Shown here: positions 37,616 to 46,739 of the stretch, one piece after another
Layout: each line of letters opens with the position of its first letter
Numbering within the stretch: the first letter of the stretch is position 1
NCBI GenBank assembly: GCA_964424265.1
Contig: CAYRHX010000004.1
Coordinates: 4,081 to 68,080, forward strand
Direction of reading: 5' to 3'
Origin: an uncultured Candidatus Saccharibacteria bacterium
GTDB taxonomy: Bacteria; Patescibacteriota; Minisyncoccia; Phycocordibacterales; UBA2100
DNA: 64,000 bases
Program-made: the position numbers and the translations under genes
Notes under the pieces: generated by a model
What the model saw: the letters and a program-made list of their open reading frames with translations, nothing else
What the model was told of the DNA's origin: nothing
Databases searched by the model: none

Positions 37616-39306
37616 TTTGGGATCGAATACGGATCGCTCGCAGGGCAATAGTATACATGAGCCTCGATAGCACCCGAAGACGTGTCGAACACGCTCTCAC
37701 AGGTAGCAAAAAATCTGCTGTAAAACCCTGACATGTTGAGTTGAGGAAAATCGACGACGAGGTAGTGACCTTTGTGTTGCGCAAATCGCTCGCGATGCAC
37801 GCTCTCATTGCCAAGTACGGCATAAAATCTGCCTGCGTACTTCCCGAGGCTGTTGAGCTCGTATGCACCAGTATCGGCGTGAGTTATCACGCTTTTTATC
37901 TCGCTCGACGCGATATAAGCAACGCTCTCAGCAAGAACTTTCGGCGCGCTCCCATTAATCCTCCCCCACAAAAGCTCCTCAATAAACACTGCGCTGCCCG
38001 TGAGCCCGACCACCATTACAGCCACTAGGAGAGCAGGACGAATTTTTGGAAAGATTAGCGCACCAAGAGCCATACATCCTGCAGTAGCAAAGCTCACCGC
38101 GATAAAAAGAAACGACACGTAAAATCCGAGTGGCCCACTCCCTCCCGTAAACGGCATGAGAATATTCCAATTTCCATGCGCGACAGCTGAGATCCATTCC
38201 GTCTTTGGGTACAGAGGCACGACCTGCGGGGAGAGGAAATTGATCGATACAAGTATTGCCGCAAGAATGCCCCCAAGACTAAGCCCCTGCATCACACGGA
38301 CTCTCGGAATGTCCGCGAGCACTCGCGTGAGAATGTCGCCCACGATAGCGGCGAGGGGCACAATACTGAACATCAGATATTTATCGAGCGCTCCTTGTGA
38401 AAAATCAAACAGCACAAAGTAGAAGAACGCGCCCAGCCCCAGATATATGACAAAGATACGGTACCTTTTGAAAGTTTCTCTCGAGATGAACACAAGCGGC
38501 ACAATCAGCAAGGGCGACAAATAGAACAGCGCCTTAACCGCCTGTATAAGAATCTGCAGATACCCACGACCCTCAAAACGTACGTAGTAAAGAACGTGAG
38601 CGACCATTTTGCTCACGTCAAAGGATGGGAGAAAAAAGTGCGCACTTACGATCGCGGTAATTGCAATTGCTCCGCAGCCGAGAATGCCGATTAATGCACG
38701 AACGAAAACCCTACGCGTAAGCCTGTGGCGTACTTCTATAAGATAATCAGCGGCCAATGCACCCAAAATGAGGACAGCGCTGAGCTTGGTCAACAACCCG
38801 AGAGTGATCACAAGCGCAGCAACACATACCCACGCATACGATTCGCGAGTGGTCGCGGCACGGCGACAACGATCATACACGTACACTGCCAAGAGAAAGA
38901 GTGACGGAAGAATTGCACCATCAGTGTCCACCATGAGAGACGCCCACACGCCGTACATACAGACCGAGTAAAGCGAGAGCGCAGCAATGGCTGCATACAT
39001 TCCGGAGCGCCTACGCACCACAAGATACAGAAGTGCTGCCGAGAGTACTCCGAACGTAAGCGGAATGACGCGCAAATTATCGGCACCGATGACGTCTCCG
39101 CCCCATCGGTAAATACGCTCCGTGAGTGGAGGATGTGCGGCGAGCCCGCCAACGATATGCGAACGAACGATCTCGGCCGTTTTCCATTCATCTTGGTGAT
39201 ATGGGAGCGAGAGCCCTGGTAACCGTATAACTACGAACGCAAGAAGTAACCCAATAACTATGAACAACTCACGTTTGTGGCTCTGGATCCAACTTAAATT
39301 AATCAT
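37600..39306 (-). CDS. GT-C fold membrane glycosyltransferase (ArnT/PMT-like) with C-terminal soluble domain
   Basis: 568 aa, about 12 TM helices. N-term LPGLSLPYHQDEWK. Conserved C-terminus HKGHYLVVDFPQ...AIEAHVYYCP, shared with the 42312-43784 paralog. Confidence 0.7.
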   Translation of the reverse strand: MINLSWIQSHKRELFIVIGLLLAFVVIRLPGLSLPYHQDEWKTAEIVRSHIVGGLAAHPPLTERIYRWGGDVIGADNLRVIPLTFGVLSAALLYLVVRRRSGMYAAIAALSLYSVCMYGVWASLMVDTDGAILPSLFLLAVYVYDRCRRAATTRESYAWVCVAALVITLGLLTKLSAVLILGALAADYLIEVRHRLTRRVFVRALIGILGCGAIAITAIVSAHFFLPSFDVSKMVAHVLYYVRFEGRGYLQILIQAVKALFYLSPLLIVPLVFISRETFKRYRIFVIYLGLGAFFYFVLFDFSQGALDKYLMFSIVPLAAIVGDILTRVLADIPRVRVMQGLSLGGILAAILVSINFLSPQVVPLYPKTEWISAVAHGNWNILMPFTGGSGPLGFYVSFLFIAVSFATAGCMALGALIFPKIRPALLVAVMVVGLTGSAVFIEELLWGRINGSAPKVLAESVAYIASSEIKSVITHADTGAYELNSLGKYAGRFYAVLGNESVHRERFAQHKGHYLVVDFPQLNMSGFYSRFFATCESVFDTSSGAIEAHVYYCPASDPYSIPNYASQ

Positions 39307-39309
39307 ATT

Positions 39310-40341
39310 TTAGGCCAATTCCTCTGTCAACCGCACCCCAAGAGTTTTGAGACTATGGTTCTTGAGAACGGTTCCCCGGGGTTCTGAGGCTAAATATTTT
39401 CGTTCATCTTCTGACATCGTAAGAAGCTCTCGCAACTTATCTGCCACCGATTTCGGGTCTCCGGATACGAGATACTTGTCGCCCGCAATTGCGGCGAAAT
39501 CCTTGCTCGCAGCGATAACGAGGCAGCCACTCGCCGCAGCCTCGAACATGGTCTTATCATACGTGCCACTTGCCGCAAGGTTTACAAATACCTCATGCTC
39601 AGAGAATACCCCTGGCGCTTCGCTGTGGGGCACTCCACGATAAAATTTTACCGTTTCGGCAAGACCGAGCTCACGTGCGCGCGCAATTATTGCATCGCGA
39701 TACGCTGCATCCCGCGGCAATGCATTTCCGTAAAACGACGCTGAAAACTGAACCCCTTCTTTTGAAAGTACTCCGAGCGCCTCGAGCAACACATCGGGTT
39801 TCTTAGCCGGCGCGAATCGACTGAAGAAGAGAATGGTGCGCGGAATTCGACTATGTATACTCGGTGCAAATAACTTCTCATCAACACCGACGGGCATGAT
39901 CACCGTCTTTGAGTATTTCGCCGTGTAGGAAAATCGCGACGTGCAAAATACTTTCTCCGCGAACATTGCTGCCACGTCGGTAAGAAAACCACCGGCATAG
40001 TGATTCCGCCACATATATACTGGTTTTCGCAACATCTTCCACAACAGCCCCGCAAGCAAAATGTACTCCTGATTCATGTGCACAAACACGGAATCGTACG
40101 AGGAGCGTAGTTTCCACGCCAAAATCAGAAATCGCACTGCGTAGGCGATTTTGGAGCGGGCGCCACGCTCTTTGCCGAGCGAGGATACCTGCACATGTGC
40201 GGGAAATTCGTGTTTACCTTCGTATAGACAGATAATCTCAATATGCTCGAAATGTTTCGCGAGCTCGATGATCCATCCGTGAAAAAATCCGAGAAATGGA
40301 TCCGAGCGATCGACAACTTGTGTCGTTATGAGGAGTCTCAT
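39310..40341 (-). CDS. Glycosyltransferase family 4
   Basis: GT4 C-terminal EX7E-type region KPDVLLEALGVLSKEGVQF...EAAASGCLVIASK. Start chosen at MRLLITTQ (ORF extends to 40365). Confidence 0.75.
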   Translation of the reverse strand: MRLLITTQVVDRSDPFLGFFHGWIIELAKHFEHIEIICLYEGKHEFPAHVQVSSLGKERGARSKIAYAVRFLILAWKLRSSYDSVFVHMNQEYILLAGLLWKMLRKPVYMWRNHYAGGFLTDVAAMFAEKVFCTSRFSYTAKYSKTVIMPVGVDEKLFAPSIHSRIPRTILFFSRFAPAKKPDVLLEALGVLSKEGVQFSASFYGNALPRDAAYRDAIIARARELGLAETVKFYRGVPHSEAPGVFSEHEVFVNLAASGTYDKTMFEAAASGCLVIAASKDFAAIAGDKYLVSGDPKSVADKLRELLTMSEDERKYLASEPRGTVLKNHSLKTLGVRLTEELA

Positions 40342-40348
40342 GAAAGTT

Positions 40349-42292
40349 TCATTTTCCGTACACACCCTCTAAAAGATCGAGATCTTTGTGCGTATCGCGG
40401 AGAAGTTTTACATTCTTGTGCTCCATCGCCTTCAATACTTCAATGCCGGGCGCATCGTCGGGAAATAGCTCTTCGTACTTCGCACGAAACGCGGCAAAGT
40501 CCTTGATGAAACAATGTCCCCCTGCCCCGCGCCCCGGCGGCCCACCGTGCCCGCTTTGATGAATAGGATCGAGATGCGAGCGTCCCATACGCGGATCAGC
40601 TGCAAACGCGTCGCGCACGGCTTCATAATTCCCCCCGAGTTTTCGCACAAAATCGTAGAGAATGTTGATATACACAACCTTGATATAGAGCCAATTATTG
40701 CCGGCATATTTGATAAATTCCGCTTCTACGGCTGAGCAAATAAGCTCGAACGGCGCGGGAGGAAGAATCGAGATGACCCTTTGCGCGAGTGCCCGAACTT
40801 CTGAAGTATCTGTGCAGATGCCGACGATGTTGCGATCGGGATGTGCGGCGTCGTACGCAGCTGTGGCCTCGCGCAAAAATTCTGGCGAATGCATTACCAC
40901 TTTTGTCGGATACTGCTTCTGAATGCTCTCAGTCATGCCCGGCAACATAGTGGATTTGATTACGGCAACCTTGCCCTCTCCAACCAGTGATACTGCTTCG
41001 CGAACGATTGCATCGCTAAATCCGCTGGGAGTAGTCGGTGTCGGCACCGCGATAAACACAATGTCGCAATCTTTTATTTTGTCCTTATTATTTCGGTACT
41101 GCTCTTCGAGAGAGTATCGAATTGGAGTAAATCCACGCGCCTCCAGTTCGTCGGCATAATTTTTGCCAATAAACCCCTGGCCTACATATCCAACGGTCGG
41201 TCGGTCCGTATCTTTTTGCTTTTTCTCGCCCGCACGCGCCTCCACACCCGAAGCAGAAAGCGATATGTCTGCGTACCACAGATCTCGATATTCAGCCTCA
41301 TTCGGAAAATTCAGAGTCAACGTGCCACGTTTTCCCTCCGAAAGCACCGCGATAGCAACGCGCGCCATGCCCTCGGGTGATGCAACAATCGCCCCCGCCT
41401 CCTTCGCAAGCCCTACGTCATAAGAAACGACGGGGCACCCAGCGGCAAGCGCTTCCATAATCACCATACCGAAACCTTCATACGACGAGGTGAGAAGAAA
41501 GATATCTGCGACTTTGTAATATGGAAATGAATCCTGAGCGCCTTCAAAGGCCACCCTATCGGCGAGTCCCAATTCATGCACTAGTGCCTCGAGTGGCGCA
41601 CGCTCAGAGCCGCTTCCCACAATAACAAGGCCCGCGGTGGGGTCCGCTTTCGCGATCTCTGCAAACGCGCGAATCGAAGCGGCGACGTTTTTTTCTTTTT
41701 CCAACCGCGCCACGATGAGAACGATCTTTTTGAAATTCGGAAATCGCGTGCGTCTGTCCAATGGCTCTGCTTTCATGAGATTCTCGAGATCAACAAAAAC
41801 AGGGAGCACGGTGACAGGGGCTTTGATCCCACGTGCCGTCAGTGAATCCTGAATGCGCTTTGAGACGACGCGTACGGCATCCGCCCGCGACAAGAGAAAC
41901 TGCGCGAGAAGGACCCTCAAGCGGTTTCCAAGCGAATGACCTCGAAAATTCGGATCGAAGAGATCGGTGTGGACCTGAAGATGCAATTTACTTCCACGCA
42001 AGCGAGCAATCGTCCAGGCGACTAACCCCGTCAAAAATGGATCTTGCGAAGTCACTACGTCCGGTCGTTGGATCCTCCAACCTGCTGCAATAGTGCGCAG
42101 AGAGCCCAAAACGCGCCCGAGACCAAACCCCCGCACCGCAGCGTTCCCTGATATCTGGACGAGCTGCAGAGGCCCATGAGGCACCAAAACATCCATTCGC
42201 TCGACAGTTCGCGCCTGCATCCGCAGGCGCCGGGCAACAGAGCTCGTCTCATTAAAAGCGTTCCAATCCGTGGAGAGTACCAATACCCGCAT
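40349..42292 (-). CDS. Fusion: GT4 glycosyltransferase + UDP-glucose/GDP-mannose dehydrogenase-family NAD-binding and catalytic-Cys domains
   Basis: 647 aa. N-term about 370 aa GT4 (GFGMVIMEALAAGCPVVSYD). C-term VGYVGQGFIGKNYA (Rossmann) and GGHCFIKD (UDPGDH catalytic GGSCFPKD equivalent). About 280 aa, apparently lacking the C-terminal UDP-binding domain. Confidence 0.65.
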   Translation of the reverse strand: MRVLVLSTDWNAFNETSSVARRLRMQARTVERMDVLVPHGPLQLVQISGNAAVRGFGLGRVLGSLRTIAAGWRIQRPDVVTSQDPFLTGLVAWTIARLRGSKLHLQVHTDLFDPNFRGHSLGNRLRVLLAQFLLSRADAVRVVSKRIQDSLTARGIKAPVTVLPVFVDLENLMKAEPLDRRTRFPNFKKIVLIVARLEKEKNVAASIRAFAEIAKADPTAGLVIVGSGSERAPLEALVHELGLADRVAFEGAQDSFPYYKVADIFLLTSSYEGFGMVIMEALAAGCPVVSYDVGLAKEAGAIVASPEGMARVAIAVLSEGKRGTLTLNFPNEAEYRDLWYADISLSASGVEARAGEKKQKDTDRPTVGYVGQGFIGKNYADELEARGFTPIRYSLEEQYRNNKDKIKDCDIVFIAVPTPTTPSGFSDAIVREAVSLVGEGKVAVIKSTMLPGMTESIQKQYPTKVVMHSPEFLREATAAYDAAHPDRNIVGICTDTSEVRALAQRVISILPPAPFELICSAVEAEFIKYAGNNWLYIKVVYINILYDFVRKLGGNYEAVRDAFAADPRMGRSHLDPIHQSGHGGPPGRGAGGHCFIKDFAAFRAKYEELFPDDAPGIEVLKAMEHKNVKLLRDTHKDLDLLEGVYGK

Positions 42293-42311
42293 CTGCGCAT
42301 TCTAGCGGTTT

Positions 42312-43784
42312 TTAGGGCTTTTTCAAAACGACAGGACACTCGTAGACATGCCCCCTTATGACGCCGGAAGCAGAAGTGAATGTACTTGCACAGTGAGAAA
42401 AGAAGTCTTCGTAAAAACTGTGCTGGTCCCATCGGGGGATATCGACAACAAGATAGTGGCCCCTGAACGTGGAAAAAAGCTCTTTGTACCGCTCTTCATA
42501 TTGTGGAACCGCATAAAAGCGCTCCGCAAATTTGCCCATCTGCCAGAGCTCAAACGCGCCTGTCGCGCCATGAGTAATGACCGATGTCACCTTGTCCGAC
42601 TGCCGTATATATTCGATGGAGTCATTGAGTACATCTCGAGTACTTCCGTTGATCTTCCCGAAATATAATTCTTCTGTAAAAATGCCGGCATACAGGATGC
42701 TAAGAAACAACAGCGCGGTAACAAGTTGGCGTCGCCATTGTGGCCTGATAAGCGCAAACAGGGTGATCCCACCTGCGACAAGAAACGAGGCGGCGATAAA
42801 AAGGAATGACACATAAAACCCTGCCGGGCCCGAGCCGCCCACGAAAGGAATCAATATGTTCCAGTGAAGTCCGAGAATTTCTTTCACCCATGCCGACTTC
42901 GGATACAGAGACAACGCTTCCTGTGGCAAGAAGTTGAGCGCAAGAAGCCCGATGCCACCGAGAAGTAGGGCTGCACAATACGCGGGTCGGAGATCAGAGA
43001 TCCTCGAAATCTGCGTCGCAAGTGTCACCCCGATAATCGCACACAGGGGTGCCACAATGAGCAAAAGACACTTGTCGAGACCGCCCGTTGAAAAATCGAA
43101 GAGCACAAAATAGAAAAGAAATGCGAACGTAAGATATGCGAAGAAAACGCGCGTTCGATCAAAGACATCGCCAGTCACAAATGCAAGCGCGTATAAAAGT
43201 GGCCCGACATAAAGCAGCACTCTCCCCGTCTGCACGGCGATCTGCCCCCAATCTCGCGAGACATCAAAAACGAGCGCCGATGTGCGCGGCACTACCAACG
43301 AAAACAAAGCGCCAATCGAGAGAATCAGAAGTAGCGCAAATGGAATACGCGAGCGCCCTCCCCGCGCCATTCGATCATATGCAAAGACTGCGAGGAGAAA
43401 AAAGAACGGCAGTATCGCTCCGTCGAGATCAAACATTGTTGCACCAAGCGCTCCATACGCAACAGTGCCGAAGAGGAACAACGAAAGTAGCGCGGCGCGC
43501 GCCCCAGCGCGCGCCGCTACGATCACGTACAAGAGTACATACGAAAGCACAGTTAAGAAAAGCGGCAGCAAACGAAAATAATCTGGCTGTAGCGTTGCCC
43601 CAGCTGCGCTAAACAAGAATTCGGCAAGCGGTGACCCGTGGAAATACGGCTCCACTACCGTTGCCCCCTCCACCGCAAACCGCGCCGCCTTCCATTCACC
43701 TTGATGAAATGGCAAATCGAGACCAGGCAATTTAAGTACGAGGAGAAATAGCACGAGGCAACCAACCATCACAATCCTTCGCAT
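42312..43784 (-). CDS. GT-C fold membrane glycosyltransferase paralog
   Basis: 490 aa. LPGLDLPFHQGEWK and FRGHYLVVDIPRWDQHSFYEDFFSHCASTFTSASGVIRGHVYECP parallel the 37600-39306 protein. Confidence 0.7.
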   Translation of the reverse strand: MRRIVMVGCLVLFLLVLKLPGLDLPFHQGEWKAARFAVEGATVVEPYFHGSPLAEFLFSAAGATLQPDYFRLLPLFLTVLSYVLLYVIVAARAGARAALLSLFLFGTVAYGALGATMFDLDGAILPFFFLLAVFAYDRMARGGRSRIPFALLLILSIGALFSLVVPRTSALVFDVSRDWGQIAVQTGRVLLYVGPLLYALAFVTGDVFDRTRVFFAYLTFAFLFYFVLFDFSTGGLDKCLLLIVAPLCAIIGVTLATQISRISDLRPAYCAALLLGGIGLLALNFLPQEALSLYPKSAWVKEILGLHWNILIPFVGGSGPAGFYVSFLFIAASFLVAGGITLFALIRPQWRRQLVTALLFLSILYAGIFTEELYFGKINGSTRDVLNDSIEYIRQSDKVTSVITHGATGAFELWQMGKFAERFYAVPQYEERYKELFSTFRGHYLVVDIPRWDQHSFYEDFFSHCASTFTSASGVIRGHVYECPVVLKKP

Positions 43785-43902
43785 GAGCGCATTCTAGGGG
43801 TTTTTGAAGTTTTCTCAAAATTAACACTCGTTATACCCCATTTGCTTGAGAATTTATTAGACAACATCTTCTGCACTTCTGTGGGGTCTGACCCCATCAC
43901 CT

Positions 43903-44730
43903 TTATGAGCCACTAACTAAATCATCGTCCCACCCGGTGTCCCCAGAAACAATAGTAAAATGAGCTGCTTGAGTTGGTGGCGATGTTTCAGCGTTCCTAA
44001 GCGCACGGAATCCCCAAGAGTAGGCATCGCCCGCATATCGGGTGAACACTTCGTCGAGAGTAGCCGTTTGGTACGGACGTTGCGCATCCTCTTTTTCCCA
44101 CACGATTATGTCTCCATGAGAATTGTGACCGAGCACAAGGCACGTATGATCAACTGCCTGGTCATGTATATATTTTGCGAATAGCACGGATGGAAAGCCG
44201 AAATTCTCTAAAAAAATCCGAAGATCCGCCGCTGATGTATATTGCCTATATTCCGCGTCAAAAAATTCCGCGGGAGGTCGCTCTGGAGTGGCTGCGTAGA
44301 GGCCCTGTTCTCGTTCGAGATTTTGAATGGCCACATGACAGTACCAGTCTCTAATGTGCAAGACACTTGGCTGATAGTGGGCGTTGCTAGAAACGCGATC
44401 GAAAGCGCGGACACCTTCTTCGATAACACGCATTTCCTCGGGCGTACGTTCAATATACGGCTTACGCGTGAGAAGACTCCATGATTTATCAGAAAGATCT
44501 TTAGCCCGTTCTTTTTCTTTGATCTGTTCCGGGCTTATTCGTGACGCCCTGCTTTGTATGTAGAAGGACTGCCGAATGATCTTTTGTTGCCGGGGAGTCA
44601 GCCTGGCAAAACCCTCTGTGCCCCGAACCATCTCCATAGTTTTCCGGCTTGCTTCCGCAGCACCTTCTTTCTGCGCTTTCAGTGATTTCTCTGCCTCCAT
44701 TAAGAACCATTGTAACAGGCGCCTCCCCAA
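43903..44730 (-). CDS. Hypothetical protein
   Basis: 275 aa, no recognisable family. Possible Cys/His pair (DWYCHV...GHNSHGD). Confidence 0.4.
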   Translation of the reverse strand: MGRRLLQWFLMEAEKSLKAQKEGAAEASRKTMEMVRGTEGFARLTPRQQKIIRQSFYIQSRASRISPEQIKEKERAKDLSDKSWSLLTRKPYIERTPEEMRVIEEGVRAFDRVSSNAHYQPSVLHIRDWYCHVAIQNLEREQGLYAATPERPPAEFFDAEYRQYTSAADLRIFLENFGFPSVLFAKYIHDQAVDHTCLVLGHNSHGDIIVWEKEDAQRPYQTATLDEVFTRYAGDAYSWGFRALRNAETSPPTQAAHFTIVSGDTGWDDDLVSGS

Positions 44731-44761
44731 GGAAACTGGGGCGGGTTGGGGAAGGGCGATG

Positions 44762-45550
44762 TCAAGGAGAACGCATTGTATCTTTGCATAGGAACAGTAT
44801 GGCTCGATGGTCGCTAAGCGGGTGGTCTTCGCAGGTGTAGCCGGGAAAGAGTCGCAGGAAGTCTTCCTTGGATTTTGCCATCAAATCATAGTGCACCTCT
44901 CCAATGCATATCGCAGGAAGCATTGAGGCGTCTGCGGACGCAAACATGCTGTACTCCCCTCCCTCAATATCAAACTTCATCAAGTCTGTCTTCCCATCCC
45001 GCAACACATCATGAATCGACACGGAACGTACTGATATTTTCTCCTCATTCCTACTGCGTCTCATGAGAGACGATGAGATCGAGCTTTCAGCATTCCTAAA
45101 AAAAGAAACTTCGCCGGAGATTGATGACACGGCAGCCTGAACGCACGTAATGTTTTGGAATTGCTGCATATTTTTCACCAACAAGTCGAAATTTTCGGGG
45201 TCAGGTTCGTAGGCAGTAACGATTGCGTGTGGGTACGTGCACGCAAAAAAAGCCACCGAGGCTCCTATATGACTTCCAATATCGACTAATTTCTTAGGCT
45301 CAATACTAGACGGTATCCGATATTCACCGCCCACAAACACCTCCTTCAGTACAGCGATATCAGCGCCGTCACGCACATTGAAAACAAATTCCCTGCCTTG
45401 GTACGTCAGTCGTAAAGGAACTGGTTTTCGGCCAAAAACCCTTTTGCGCAGCGGGACCCCAAAGAGCGCAGCGGGACCCCAAAGAGCGCAGCGGTAAGAC
45501 GTATACGATCTGCTGTGCCTCTTCCGCCAAGCGTTGATCCTATACCCCAA
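44762..45550 (-). pseudogene. FkbM-family methyltransferase, N-terminus frameshifted by a 20-bp tandem duplication (original start likely 45594)
   Basis: FkbM motifs DIGSHIGASVAFF...TAYEPDPENF...KFDIEGGEY. ORF 45406-45594 (MIGNMMFLIRKIQEYWG...AALFGVPLR) is in the frame reached by deleting one 20-nt repeat unit (45446-45485). Its ATG overlaps the stop of the upstream GT4 by 4 nt. Confidence 0.65.
45446..45494. repeat. 20-nt direct tandem repeat gcgcagcgggaccccaaaga x2.45
   Basis: Copies at 45446-45465 and 45466-45485, partial third at 45486-45494. Read directly from the sequence. Confidence 0.9.
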
Positions 45551-45590
45551 TACTCTTGTATTTTTCGGATGAGAAACATCATATTACCGA

Positions 45591-46703
45591 TCACCCTCGA
45601 AGCGCATTAATCGTGCCCTGTACCATACGGTCGACCGTGAAGCTCGCAGACTTTCTTTGCGCTGCGGCGACTATGCGCTCCGTACGTGCGTTGTCCTGGA
45701 GCAGTGCTCGTATAGCAACCTCAAGCTCTTGCTCGTTGTTATACGATACCAGGATACCTTCCGTGTCTTGTTCCAAGAGCTCCGGGTTGCCACCAACGTT
45801 TGTAGTAATGATCGGAGTACCTATAGACATGACTTCAAGCAGTTGGTGCGAGAACCCCTCATATCCTGTATTCAAAACGAAAAGATCGGCTGCCTTGATA
45901 CGTTGGTAAAGATGTTCATGTGAAAGACGTCCGAGAAATTGCACGTGTTCAACAACGCCTTCTGCCACTGCACACTCCCTCAAGCGATCGCGCTCTGGCC
46001 CCTCACCAGCAATGAATAAGCTGACCGTAGGGAAATCTTTGATCAAACGCGAAAGAATACCGATCAGCGTGTGCATACCTTTCCAAGAAACAAGGCGTCC
46101 CGCTGTGAGAAGAGATGGGTGAGACATGTTGAATCTGAGTGCAAGCTCTGTCTTAGATTCCCGCACCTCCACGGGATCAAATGCGTTGTACACAATAGTT
46201 ATTTTCATCGGAGTGACCCCCCACTTTTCGACAATGCTTTTAAGGTATTGGCTTGGAACAATTATTCTATCGGCTCGACGCGCCACGAAAGATTGGAGAA
46301 AGATCAGAAAACGTACGGCAATTGGATGCTTGCCCTGATACCGTACAAATTCATCCAGGCTTTCCCGAATTCCAAAACGTTGTGTTCCTTGCTCCCACGC
46401 ATAATCACCTCCAACACGTAAAATGTATCGAGTGCGCAATACTCTCGCTGCTATAAATGCGGGCAAACCAGTACTCACGGGATCAAGCGCAAGAACACAA
46501 TCCGCTCGACGCCCCCGCAAAACAACGAGAAAGAAATAGATCACGTGACGAAGGACCTTTGGATAACGACTTACCAATTTAAAATGGACGACCTCAACCT
46601 CTATACCTCTCCGAGGAAGTTCTTCAACAAGGATCTTCGCATATGTGGCGGGCCCGCCAATGTCCGGAGGAAACGGTCCGGCGGCAAGAAGGATACGCTT
46701 CAT
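45591..46703 (-). CDS. Glycosyltransferase family 4
   Basis: 370 aa. MKRILLAAGPFPPDIGGPATYAKIL. C-terminal GEGPERDRL...FVLNTGYEGFSHQLLEVMSIGTPIITTNVGG. Confidence 0.8.
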   Translation of the reverse strand: MKRILLAAGPFPPDIGGPATYAKILVEELPRRGIEVEVVHFKLVSRYPKVLRHVIYFFLVVLRGRRADCVLALDPVSTGLPAFIAARVLRTRYILRVGGDYAWEQGTQRFGIRESLDEFVRYQGKHPIAVRFLIFLQSFVARRADRIIVPSQYLKSIVEKWGVTPMKITIVYNAFDPVEVRESKTELALRFNMSHPSLLTAGRLVSWKGMHTLIGILSRLIKDFPTVSLFIAGEGPERDRLRECAVAEGVVEHVQFLGRLSHEHLYQRIKAADLFVLNTGYEGFSHQLLEVMSIGTPIITTNVGGNPELLEQDTEGILVSYNNEQELEVAIRALLQDNARTERIVAAAQRKSASFTVDRMVQGTINALRG

Positions 46704-46739
46704 GGCGTTACTATAACAAAAGTGGAGGAAAGAAGGAGA

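Noticed and set aside
36183-37868. Full 561-aa ORF as the gene model for the MTase-GT2 fusion
   Set aside because: The first 85 codons overlap the 3' end of the upstream GT-C gene by more than 250 nt and are low-complexity. An internal start at about 37615 is more plausible.
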